Of a DNA stretch of 64,000 bases, positions 1 through 8,760 are shown piece after piece (the first letter of the stretch is position 1; the number at the start of each line of letters is the position of its first letter). This stretch comes from a bacterium. GTDB lineage: Bacteria; UBA8248. The notes beneath the pieces were generated by a model, which searched no databases, was not told where the DNA came from, and saw nothing but the letters and a program-made list of their open reading frames with translations. The position numbers and the translations under genes were made by a program. Where the stretch lies: assembly GCA_965221165.1 (NCBI GenBank), contig CBDCRP010000002.1, positions 864,001-928,000 of the forward strand. The letters run 5' to 3'.

Positions 1-378
1 GAGCGTCTTGTCGTCCCTGAAACGATCGCAAATCTCCTCGACCAAATCCTGAAACGCCACTTCGCTGCCCACCGCGTCCTCGGCGCTCATGATTCCAAAC
101 AGCAAGAACGTGTGGATTCTCCTGGCAAGACCTGCAGGCGTGAAGCCGCCGGGCGCATTCGAGCCGATGGATGCGGCTTCCTCCCCGGCCCTCTCGCGCG
201 TCAGCACCCAGCCCCTGATTTGGGCGAGGCCATCGCTTGCCTCCCACCGGAAAAGGTCGAGGTATTTTCCCAGGTCGGCCGACCAGCGCTGATAGCTGTG
301 CACCCGCCCCGCTCCCGCCACACTCGATATTTCCGCCAAAATGGCGTCGCCAATTGCTCTGTATTGTGATTTAGCCAC
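1..378 (-). CDS. Phage tail-completion/terminator-like protein (runs off the left edge of the window)
   Basis: Not in the ORF track. Manual translation from GTG 378: MAKSQYRAIGDAILAEISSVAGAGRVHSYQRW...IRGWVLTRE...SEVAFQDLVEEICDRFRDDKTL, resembling Mu/D3112-type tail-completion proteins. Overlaps the stop of the upstream gp10-like gene. Confidence 0.65.
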   Translation of the reverse strand, partial: MAKSQYRAIGDAILAEISSVAGAGRVHSYQRWSADLGKYLDLFRWEASDGLAQIRGWVLTRERAGEEAASIGSNAPGGFTPAGLARRIHTFLLFGIMSAEDAVGSEVAFQDLVEEICDRFRDDKTL

Positions 379-880
379 CGATTCTCCTCGCAATCTCATC
401 AAGCAGTTCACGAATGCGCCCCTCGATGCGGCTTTGGTTTTCCTCGAAAGCGCGCGCGAACATGCGGCGTCCCGGTATCCCGCGCCGGGCGATCGCTCGA
501 GCAACGAGGAAGGACACCCTTTCGATATGCCCATCGGGCGGGTCCAGTTTGTGGACCACCCAGCGATACAGAGACGAACCCTCCCTCCAGGGCGGAATTC
601 TGCCGCCCGGCCGGCGTCCGAATTCCACGTACCTGGCGTAAGGGGTGCGCGAGGCGACCACGCCGCGCAACGCGCCTCGGCCCTCTCCTCTGATTTCGGT
701 GTAAATACTGCCCCTGAGGTTTCCGCTCGCGCCGATGGGCGTTCGCGTCATTACCTCGCGTCTGAGCATTTCGGTGACCTCGGCCATCGCCTCGTGCGCA
801 AGGCGAAAAATTTCCGCCTCCTCCCGGCCTCCGGACGGCAATTCCGCCAGGGCTTCAAGCGTTATATATCTACGAAACAC
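371..880 (-). CDS. HK97 gp10-like phage neck/tail-completion protein
   Basis: Motifs TPIGASGNLRGSI, YARYVEFG, IARRGIPGRRMFARAF; position after the head-tail adaptor. Confidence 0.8.
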   Translation of the reverse strand: MFRRYITLEALAELPSGGREEAEIFRLAHEAMAEVTEMLRREVMTRTPIGASGNLRGSIYTEIRGEGRGALRGVVASRTPYARYVEFGRRPGGRIPPWREGSSLYRWVVHKLDPPDGHIERVSFLVARAIARRGIPGRRMFARAFEENQSRIEGRIRELLDEIARRIGG

Positions 881-898
881 TTCGCCTCTCCTCCCCGC

Positions 899-1609
899 CT
901 AGCGATCCCCGGACGCGCCGTGCGTGAAGTATTCGCCGCGCCTCATCGAGAGGAGCCCGTCCCAATCGAGAGATGCGCCCGTGGGGCCCGCCACTTCGCC
1001 CTCCTTTTGGCCGATATGGGTTTGGTACTTGCGCTCGAGTTCTCGCGCGAGGCGCGTGTATTCCCTGGCCTTGTTCGGGTAATCCACCGAATCCGCCGCG
1101 AGGGTCGGGTTCGAGGATTGGGCGAAGCGGCGGGCCAGAAGGTGACAGCCCTCCGAGGCCGCCAGCCACGCCACGGCGGTCAAATCGTTTCCGGGAACGC
1201 TCGTCCGGGCGTCACCGGCCGTGTGCCCCAGCGTGTAGAACAGGCGAAGCTTCTTGCCCTTTTGCGGGGTGTGGTACAAAAGCCTGAACTTCTCCGCCGG
1301 TGTTCCTTTCCCGTAGATGGTCCAATAACTTCTTCTGAGATAGGAGGGCTTTCTCTCGCCCTGGGGGTATTCCACCGCCCGGACGATAGAAAGAGAATCG
1401 TCCCAGTCCCCGGGCAAGGGAAAATCAAAGGTGACGCCATCGCCTGCGAAATCGGCGAAAGAAGTCAGCGGCCTGTCCTTGCTGTAGCGCGCGAGCGCGG
1501 CGCTCACCAAATCGGCGTAATCCGCCTCCTCGACCCCGAACTCCTGGGGCAGCGCGCCCGCCTTCAACAAAATCTTCACCTCTTTGATGATCGTCTGCCT
1601 GCTGGCCAT
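899..1609 (-). CDS. Phage head-to-tail adaptor/connector-like protein
   Basis: Co-oriented 236-aa ORF with AGGAG RBS between the capsid and gp10-like genes; call rests mainly on synteny. Confidence 0.6.
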   Translation of the reverse strand: MASRQTIIKEVKILLKAGALPQEFGVEEADYADLVSAALARYSKDRPLTSFADFAGDGVTFDFPLPGDWDDSLSIVRAVEYPQGERKPSYLRRSYWTIYGKGTPAEKFRLLYHTPQKGKKLRLFYTLGHTAGDARTSVPGNDLTAVAWLAASEGCHLLARRFAQSSNPTLAADSVDYPNKAREYTRLARELERKYQTHIGQKEGEVAGPTGASLDWDGLLSMRRGEYFTHGASGDR

Positions 1610-1650
1610 TTCTGCTTCTCCTTTGCTCGCTCACCCGATATGGGCGGGTT

Positions 1651-1992
1651 CTAAGTCTTGAGCGTGAGCCTGGCCTCGAACGTGAACGAAGGCTCCTCAC
1701 CCCCCACCGACCACGCGAGCCTGAGCCAGGGGCCGATGTTCGCGAGCTTGACGAGGGTTTTTCCCACCGAGGTGATCTGCGCGGGCCTGGTATGGACGAA
1801 AAGGGGTCCATCGTCCGCCGGCCCGGCTTCCACCGCGAAATCAAGCGTGGGCGATGCTCCCGCAACCGCCGTCACGTCGATGAACAACAGCGCCTCGGTG
1901 AAGCGGCTCACCTCGAACGCCGTGCTGCCTCCCGCCGCGCCGCGTACCGCCGAGGGAGCGAGAACTATCGTGTGGGTTCGCCTGTCGGACAT
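1651..1992 (-). CDS. Small beta-rich virion protein (possible capsid decoration)
   Basis: MSDRRTHT... with AAAGGAG RBS directly downstream of the capsid gene; beta-strand-like composition. Confidence 0.55.
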   Translation of the reverse strand: MSDRRTHTIVLAPSAVRGAAGGSTAFEVSRFTEALLFIDVTAVAGASPTLDFAVEAGPADDGPLFVHTRPAQITSVGKTLVKLANIGPWLRLAWSVGGEEPSFTFEARLTLKT

Positions 1993-2026
1993 GGCTTCTC
2001 CTTTGAATGCGCAAACGGCCCGCGAA

Positions 2027-4159
2027 CTACGCGGGCGCTCCGCGATAGAAGCCGCGAAAGTCCAGGACGGCGCCGCCATAGACGTGTCTGATCTTGTAGC
2101 GAATCTTGTCGGCGCTGAATCCGCTGCCGGCAGAAGGGTTGTCCTCGATGAACAACTCGGGCTCCCGCATATCGTCCATGAAGCCGATTTCGATAGTGTC
2201 CATCAGGCTCGGGTCGGCGATCATGTACCAATCGTTCGCGTCGGTGAGTTCGGGCACCCACAAAGGCTCCATACCCAGGCGGTTGATGACGCTCGGCTGC
2301 GTGGAGTTCTCGCCCGCGACGACCTTGACGGACGACTGGGTGACGTCGAACGCCTCCTCGAGCAGTTCCGTGGGGTGAACCAGATATTTGGGCCGCGCCT
2401 GCGCCGCTGTCTCGACGCCCTCTTCCCCGTAAAACGTCTGCTGGCCCATCGCCTTGATCCCGGCGATGACGTTGTCATACGTCAGCGCGTTCGTGGAGGT
2501 GTTATTGTGGTTGGCGTGGAACAGCGCGTCCCCATCGTATATGTCCGTGTTGGCCGTGAGGAAATCGAACACGAAGCTGTTCAGGGTGCGCTGGGCCGCG
2601 CGGGCGAGGCGCTGGGGAATCATGCGAATCGCGCCCATGTCGTCGTTCTGGATCATCTCCCAGGTGAGGTCCTCCACCCCGCCGCGCTTGGCCACGGCGT
2701 AGGTCACCTCCTCATCCGTCGGGGAGGTCAGCGCCGGATAGGTGGCCTGTTCGGCGACCTTTTGCAAATCGCCGTAGCCGCCGACGCGCACCCGGCGATT
2801 CGTCCTGAAATCCTTGACGGGCGTCACGGAGGAGACGATTTTTTTCCACTGGTGGAATCTCTCGTCCCGGAAATCGCGCAACATGGCGCGGCGGATCGAA
2901 TCCCCGAACGCCTCTCCCCACGTGCTCGTCTGCAAGGAGGCCGAGAGGCGGCGCACTCCGTTCCAGTTCTCGGCGGCGCGATGATAGTGGAACGTCTCGG
3001 CAAAGAACTGGCGCGGGGTGAGCCGATGGCCCGTGAAATCCTGAAACGCCTCGCTCATGAAGCGATAGGGCCGCTCCCCGTCGACTACCTGATCGCGGGA
3101 ATTCCAAAGCCCGTCGAGGGCCGCCTTTTTCCTGTCCGCCTCATCGCGCATCACTTCCGCGCGTGCGCCGAACCCCCGAAGCGCGCCGCTCGCCGTGAGT
3201 TTTTCCAGCGTGGACGCCTCGATGCGAATCGCTTCTTCGATTTCCTCCTCCGTGAAGCTCCCGCCCCCGAATTGCGCGCGCATTTTCTCCTGAACCGCCT
3301 CGGGCAGTGTGGACGCCGCAAGTTTTTGCGCGAGCACCCGGCGCGACGCGGCCCCCTGGGTACTGGTTTCATTCTTCATGGCGCCTCCTCCATTTTCCTT
3401 GAAGTCCAGTTCGAGGCCCGCGTCTTCACAGGCCGCGAGGAGTTGTTGCGGCGTCCATCTGTCGCCGAGCCTATCGGCCGATGCGGGCGCCACGCTTTTG
3501 AGTTTTTTCCCCAGTTTTTCGAACATCTTCACCTCCGATACAGTGGAATGATTGGCGGCGAGACCCAGAATCCCGCCCCCGAGCTTGCCTTTGTGCACGA
3601 TGTCGACGGAATGGACCGCCAGAATTTTCTCGAAATGCAAAACGAGCCCCTCGCCCTCCTCTCGAAACTCCGCCCGGGCCATCACATCGAACGAAAACCC
3701 GAACGGCTCCTCGAGACCCCGGGCCAGCGCATCGTGCGCCAGCTTCTGGAACCACGCCGCCGAGCGCGAAACCGCGAACGTGCTCAAAAGCCCCTCCTCG
3801 CCCATGCGGACCTCGCGGTGCCAGCCGACCAGATCCTTGATGTCGGGGCCGCCCGACCCGGTGTGGTTCGCGAACGCCTGCGCGCCCTCGAACAAGGGAG
3901 CGGCCTCACGCAGAACATCCCGGGGCAGGAACCACTCCCCGTCCCTCGAATAGCCGGCCCGGGCGATCAGCACGTCGAAATCCCAGGCTTCACCCGGCGG
4001 CTGGGCTTCTTGCCCGATGGCGCGGATGAGGTGGCCATGCAGCCTGACGGGGTGAGAATCTTTTTGCGCTTCCGCGCCCGCCCATATGCGATTCATCCAT
4101 CTTTTCAAGGGAAACTCCTTTTCTCGTTGGTCTTTTCGGATTCCGGTTTCCGGCGGCAT
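2027..4159 (-). CDS. Fused prohead protease-scaffold-major capsid protein (Mu gpT/HK97-fold type)
   Basis: N-terminal protease motifs (FANH, GFSFD, HSVDIV); C-terminal capsid motifs (LTWEMIQNDDMGAI, YDGDALFHANHNN, KIRHVYGGAVLDFRGFY). True start may be TTG 4108 (AAGGAG RBS). Confidence 0.88.
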   Translation of the reverse strand: MPPETGIRKDQREKEFPLKRWMNRIWAGAEAQKDSHPVRLHGHLIRAIGQEAQPPGEAWDFDVLIARAGYSRDGEWFLPRDVLREAAPLFEGAQAFANHTGSGGPDIKDLVGWHREVRMGEEGLLSTFAVSRSAAWFQKLAHDALARGLEEPFGFSFDVMARAEFREEGEGLVLHFEKILAVHSVDIVHKGKLGGGILGLAANHSTVSEVKMFEKLGKKLKSVAPASADRLGDRWTPQQLLAACEDAGLELDFKENGGGAMKNETSTQGAASRRVLAQKLAASTLPEAVQEKMRAQFGGGSFTEEEIEEAIRIEASTLEKLTASGALRGFGARAEVMRDEADRKKAALDGLWNSRDQVVDGERPYRFMSEAFQDFTGHRLTPRQFFAETFHYHRAAENWNGVRRLSASLQTSTWGEAFGDSIRRAMLRDFRDERFHQWKKIVSSVTPVKDFRTNRRVRVGGYGDLQKVAEQATYPALTSPTDEEVTYAVAKRGGVEDLTWEMIQNDDMGAIRMIPQRLARAAQRTLNSFVFDFLTANTDIYDGDALFHANHNNTSTNALTYDNVIAGIKAMGQQTFYGEEGVETAAQARPKYLVHPTELLEEAFDVTQSSVKVVAGENSTQPSVINRLGMEPLWVPELTDANDWYMIADPSLMDTIEIGFMDDMREPELFIEDNPSAGSGFSADKIRYKIRHVYGGAVLDFRGFYRGAPA

Positions 4160-4207
4160 GCCGGAGGCCGCCGCCTCGGCGAAAAAGCCGGCGGATGCGA
4201 CGGCGAC

Positions 4208-4259
4208 AATCTAGGGCAAGGGGTCGTAAACACGGGCAGCGCAAATGCGGGGAAATGCG
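4208..4259 (-). promoter_or_regulatory. Module promoter 1 (capsid/head-tail): direct-repeat box plus -10 TAGATT
   Basis: + strand CGCAAATGCGGGGAAATGCG at 4240-4259 and AATCTA at 4208-4213; 26-bp gap. Confidence 0.8.
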
Positions 4260-4460
4260 TATTAGACGTGTTTTTATGCGGAATTTTTATTTTTGCTAAT
4301 TGTAAATTTTAAGTAAATGCGGTAACATACGGAAAATTCTGGAGTTGCGGACGATGCGGGTGGTCCCGGCGTCTACCAATTCTGGATTCTTCGCCCGCCA
4401 CTCGGAAATTCCCGGATTCGCCGAGCGACAAAGACCGCCCCTAATACGACGTGGACGAGG

Positions 4461-5765
4461 GTGCATATCATGTGGGGCGTCGCTCAACCGGCCTTGAATT
4501 TCATCCAGAACCTCTCCTGGAACCATGTGATCGACATCGGGATCATGTGGTTTCTGCTCTATCAGGTCTACATCCGCTTCAAGGGCACCCAGGCGATGCG
4601 CCTTCTCGTGCGCGTGTTCGCGGTATGGCTCATCTACCTCGCCTCCCAAGCCGCGGGCCTACACCTGACCTCATTCCTGCTTTGGGCCATCTGGATCGCC
4701 GTGCTCATCCTGTTTCTCATCAATTTCCACGGAGAAATCCAAAAGATATTCTTTCAACTCAACCCGGTGCGCAGAATCTCCACCCTGCTGCGCCGGGCGA
4801 TGCGCATCCGCCTGCCGGACGAGAGGGTCGCCACCATCGCCGAATCCGCATTCTCCCTCGCCTCCAAGAGTCTGGGCGCCATCATCGTCGTGGAACGCCG
4901 GGATTTGACCGAAGCGCTGCTGAGCAGCCCGGGCGAGGAGATTGAGGCGGATATCCGGCCGGCGCTGCTTGAAACCATTTTCTTCAAGGGAGCGCCCTAC
5001 CACGACGGCGCCGCCGTGGTCCGCGAGAACAAGGTCTCGCGCGTGGGCTGCCTTTTGCCTCTTTCCGAGAACCGCGCCCTGCCGCCGGAGTTCGGCACCC
5101 GCCACAGGGCGGCGGTGGGCATCACGGAGCGCTGCGACGCCCTGGCGATCGTCATATCCGAGGAGCGGGGGGAGATCACCTGCGTGGAAGGCAGCCATGT
5201 AAAGACGATAGAACATGAGGAGGAACTCGCCTCCTGGCTCACCACGCGCCTGCGCGCGGCCCGCGAAGCGGGGCAAACGAAAGGACGCATATCGCTCGCG
5301 CAGGTTTTCGAGAACTGGAAGCCCAAGCTCGCCGCCCTGGCCGCCGTCATCTTCCTTTGGTCGCTCGGCGGGCAGGAACGTCAAAATCCGCAGAATTTTT
5401 TCCCGCAACTCGAAAGCAAAGTGGAAGAGGAGTTCCGGGTTCCGCTCCATTATTACAACATTCCCAGTGGCGTCATCCTGCCGGACGATTTGGCGAAAAA
5501 CATCAAAATTCGCATCAGGGGCAGGCGCGACCTGCTGAACTACATCGACGCCACCCGCCTGCGCATGAATGTGAACCTTGCCAAAATGACGCCCGGAGCG
5601 CATTCGCGCACGTTCTCCGGACGCGATATCGACCTGCCGAGCGGCCTCGAATTCCTGAGCGCGGAGCCAAAAACCATCCAGTTGAACCTCGCCAAAGCGC
5701 CTAGACCTGAGAAAATGACGAAATCGAGCGCTTCCGCTGAAACAAAAGAATCCTCGAATTTCTAA
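4461..5765 (+). CDS. dacA: Diadenylate cyclase (CdaA/DacA) fused to a C-terminal YbbR/CdaR-like domain
   Basis: Three N-terminal TM segments; HDGA and GTRHRAA catalytic motifs; TM plus YbbR-like C-terminus. Confidence 0.9.
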   Translation: MHIMWGVAQPALNFIQNLSWNHVIDIGIMWFLLYQVYIRFKGTQAMRLLVRVFAVWLIYLASQAAGLHLTSFLLWAIWIAVLILFLINFHGEIQKIFFQLNPVRRISTLLRRAMRIRLPDERVATIAESAFSLASKSLGAIIVVERRDLTEALLSSPGEEIEADIRPALLETIFFKGAPYHDGAAVVRENKVSRVGCLLPLSENRALPPEFGTRHRAAVGITERCDALAIVISEERGEITCVEGSHVKTIEHEEELASWLTTRLRAAREAGQTKGRISLAQVFENWKPKLAALAAVIFLWSLGGQERQNPQNFFPQLESKVEEEFRVPLHYYNIPSGVILPDDLAKNIKIRIRGRRDLLNYIDATRLRMNVNLAKMTPGAHSRTFSGRDIDLPSGLEFLSAEPKTIQLNLAKAPRPEKMTKSSASAETKESSNF

Positions 5766-5842
5766 GACCATTTTTTTCAGCCACTTAAATTTTCTGCATT
5801 TGAAAATTTGCTTTTTTCACTCAAAGAACCCATATTGAACCT

Positions 5843-6131
5843 ACCGGATCATGGCCGCCGAAACGCTCAGATCGCTTTGATGAGCGGCATGGGCGAACCA
5901 TCTCAGATGGTGCTTGGCCTGGCCGAGTGAGGCGGGAAGGAGCCGACGCAGCAAGCGGTTCCGGTCCGGTTTAAGGGAGCCCTCAAAACAAAGGGGGATG
6001 CGATGATATCCACGATAAATCGCTTCAGCCGTGCGGAGACGCCATCCTCCCCGGCCCCATCGCATCAGCCGGGCGGGGAGGAAACCTCAAGGCTGATGCC
6101 TTTATAAAGGCGACAGAACGCCTTTTTGAGG
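5843..6131 (+). ncRNA. Putative structured non-coding RNA, family unknown
   Basis: Sigma70-like TTGCTT-17bp-CATATT promoter (5808-5836) followed by several perfect stems and no credible ORF. Confidence 0.35.
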
Positions 6132-6198
6132 TGAGATGAATTCTCACCCTGGAAAAAAGACAAAAGAGAGCGGGGCGCAATGTCCCGCTCTTCTTTTT

Positions 6199-6411
6199 TT
6201 ACGAACCTCCGGCGACCTGGTTCTTCGCGTCGAGTTTCCGCATCTCGATTTCCAGTTGCTGGAGTCTGTTCTTGATCATGTTGAAGTCGTACTCGAATCC
6301 CTCGGCGAGCAACATGAGACCCCGATACAACTGGTGTTTCTCCGGCTCTTCTTCCTCGCTCACCGAATCGAGCATTTCGACGAAAACCTCTCTCGCATGA
6401 TGAAAGCTCAA
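6199..6411 (-). CDS. Small hypothetical coiled-coil protein
   Basis: 70-aa ORF with amphipathic helical composition and a purine-rich RBS. Confidence 0.5.
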   Translation of the reverse strand: MSFHHAREVFVEMLDSVSEEEEPEKHQLYRGLMLLAEGFEYDFNMIKNRLQQLEIEMRKLDAKNQVAGGS

Positions 6412-6552
6412 AACGCTTTCCCCCTTTTCGAATGAGAACGCACACTACGAAGCAATAAACCTTTTCGCGGGAAGAAATCCCCCCCCCCCGCATCCCTGCT
6501 AGAATCCATCGCATCGACAAATAAACCACAACGCTTTCAAGGAGTCATCTTC

Positions 6553-7047
6553 ATGCCGGAAAGACCGAACACGCCGCAAGTCATCCTGCGCCACATTCAG
6601 GGCACTCAGCTTCAGATGCTCACCACCACGGGAAAACACTCCTACGTGCTCGATGAACCCGAGACCCGGGGAGGCACGGACCTCGCCGCCACGCCGTTTG
6701 AGTTCTTCATCGCGGGCCACGCGGGCTGAGGCCTCTATACGCTGCTGGGAGCAGCGCAGGCCAAGGGCATCCACATCGAGGACGTGGAAGTCCACGCGGA
6801 GTTCAAGCGAAACATCTCACCAAAGTTTCACGCGGATTATCACGCAGACCCCGAGCGAAGAAAACTGGCCATCGGCGTCATTCGCACAAGTTATTATATT
6901 CACGGCGACGTAACAGAAGAGCAAAAGGCGGAACTTCTCGATGAACTCGCTAACTGCCCCATCCACAACACGTTGATGACGCCGCCCAGGCTCGAGGAGC
7001 GAATCGTCGTTTTAGGAGAAGACCAAACCACGCCTGAGAAAGTTTGA
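6553..7047 (+). CDS. OsmC/Ohr-family selenoprotein (UGA = Sec at 6727-6729)
   Basis: ATG 6553 with AAGGAG RBS reads DEPETRGGTDLAATPFEFFIAGHAG-U-GLYTL...LANCPIHNTL in one frame; SECIS-like hairpin at 6740-6756. Confidence 0.85.
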
Positions 7048-7162
7048 TACCGGCAGGGAAGGAAGCCACTTTTCAATAATTAGAGCCTTGAACGCGATAG
7101 AAGCCACCTTCCAGGAAGTTTGATGCCGGCAGGGAGGGAGCACCTTCTTACAGAATCGGGAG

Positions 7163-7690
7163 CTAATAAGAAATTTTATTGTCCATCTGCTCCCATAATC
7201 TGAAAGACTCGAGCGCTTCATTCTCCAGAAACCGCGTTGATTCCAGCTTTCTTTCGTGGACCGGCAACGCAATTTCCTTGTAGAGAAATTCATCGGAAAA
7301 CCCGATCGCATCGGCCTCGACGATGGTGTTTCCATAAAACATGTGCTCGATTTTCGCCCAGTAAATGGCGCTCAGACACATCGGGCACGGCTCGCAACTC
7401 GTATATATCTCACACCCGGACAAATCGAAATTTTTCAGTTTCGCGCTGGCCGCCCGTATGGCGAGCATCTCGGCGTGAGCGGTGGGATCGCAAGAAGACG
7501 TCACCCGGTTCGTGCCCTCGCCGATGATCTCGCCGTCCTTGACGACGACGGACCCGAAAGGTCCGCCCAGTTTGTCCATCACATTTTGAGAAGCGAGCGA
7601 TATCGCCCTTCTCATGAAAGATTCCCGAGTCGTCATTTTCTTAATCTCCCGTGTGGCTCCACTATTCCGCCGTTGTTTTCTGTTCATCAC
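7163..7690 (-). CDS. guaD: Nucleoside/guanine deaminase (cytidine deaminase-like fold)
   Basis: GGPFG, DPTAHAE and CEPCPMC zinc motifs; start may be a downstream Met. Confidence 0.85.
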   Translation of the reverse strand: MMNRKQRRNSGATREIKKMTTRESFMRRAISLASQNVMDKLGGPFGSVVVKDGEIIGEGTNRVTSSCDPTAHAEMLAIRAASAKLKNFDLSGCEIYTSCEPCPMCLSAIYWAKIEHMFYGNTIVEADAIGFSDEFLYKEIALPVHERKLESTRFLENEALESFRLWEQMDNKISY

Positions 7691-7842
7691 GTATCAAGTA
7701 TTTCTCCAGATTCCCTTCATCTTAACTTGTTTTTGGAATGGTTTACATTTATTTTACAGGTTCTTCTTTTATAGTCTCCAAAACCGGGGTCTGGAACGAG
7801 AGAGATACAACTCCGCGAAATTCGCAACCCAAAAAGGGACAG

Positions 7843-8748
7843 ATGATGAAAATCGGATTTATCGGACTGGGAAACATGGGGGCGGGCATGGCGGCCAACC
7901 TCCAGAAAGCGGGCTATGAGCTCATCGTTCACGACATCGTCCGCGAGGCCGCGGCGGATCACATCGAGCGAGGCGCACTCTGGGCGGACACTCCCGAAGA
8001 AGTGGCCCGCGCGAGTGAGATCGTCTTCACCTCGCTGCCGGGTCCCAAGGAGGTGGAGAGCGTCGCCACGGGACCGAACGGCATTCTCGCAGGCGTCAGC
8101 GGGGGGAAAGTCTATGTAGACTTGAGCACGGTATATCCTTCCGTCGTCCGCCGCATCCACGAAAAGTTCACGGAAGCCGGCGCACATATGCTCGAAGCCC
8201 CCGTGAGCGGCTCCACCATAGGCGCGAACACGGGGCGTCTGGCCATCATGGCGGGAGGTGAGAAGGAGGTGTATGAGCGCTGCAAGCCCCTTCTCGACGC
8301 CATGGGAGACCGACCCTCCTATACCGGCCCTATCGGCACCGGCGCCGTGTGCAAGCTCGCCCACAATTGCCTGAGCTACGGCATTCAGGCCATCGCGGCG
8401 GAATGCTTTACCCTGGGCGTCAAGGCGGGGGCGGACCCCGCGGTATTGGCCGAAGTGATCCGAAACGGCGCGGTGGGCCGGGCCGTGCACTTCAACTTCG
8501 TCTTCTACGAGACATTCTTCAAGGGGAAATTCGACGAGCCCCATTTTCCCATCAAGGGCGCGGTAAAAGACGTAGGGCTCGCGCTCGAACTCGCCCGCGA
8601 ACACGACGTTCCCATGACGATAGGCAACATCGCCTACGGGGAACTCATTTCAGGTCTCAACCGCGGCTGGGGGGATGATGACGCGAGGCGCGCCATGACG
8701 CTCCAGGAAGAACGCGCGGGCGGCGTGCAGGTGAGAATTTCAGAATAG
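7843..8748 (+). CDS. NAD(P)-dependent oxidoreductase, 3-hydroxyisobutyrate dehydrogenase family
   Basis: KIGFIGLGNMG, EAPVSG, catalytic KLAHN. Confidence 0.9.
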   Translation: MMKIGFIGLGNMGAGMAANLQKAGYELIVHDIVREAAADHIERGALWADTPEEVARASEIVFTSLPGPKEVESVATGPNGILAGVSGGKVYVDLSTVYPSVVRRIHEKFTEAGAHMLEAPVSGSTIGANTGRLAIMAGGEKEVYERCKPLLDAMGDRPSYTGPIGTGAVCKLAHNCLSYGIQAIAAECFTLGVKAGADPAVLAEVIRNGAVGRAVHFNFVFYETFFKGKFDEPHFPIKGAVKDVGLALELAREHDVPMTIGNIAYGELISGLNRGWGDDDARRAMTLQEERAGGVQVRISE

Positions 8749-8760
8749 AAGATAATACGC

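Noticed and set aside
341-4312. Long + strand ORFs 341-1654 and 1658-4312
   Set aside because: Antisense shadows of the minus-strand phage genes, typical of high-GC DNA; no motifs. The same applies to most overlapping ORFs in the track.
5843-6131. c-di-AMP (ydaO) riboswitch or SRP RNA, given the adjacent dacA
   Set aside because: Consensus motifs not recognisable by eye; kept only as an unassigned structured RNA.
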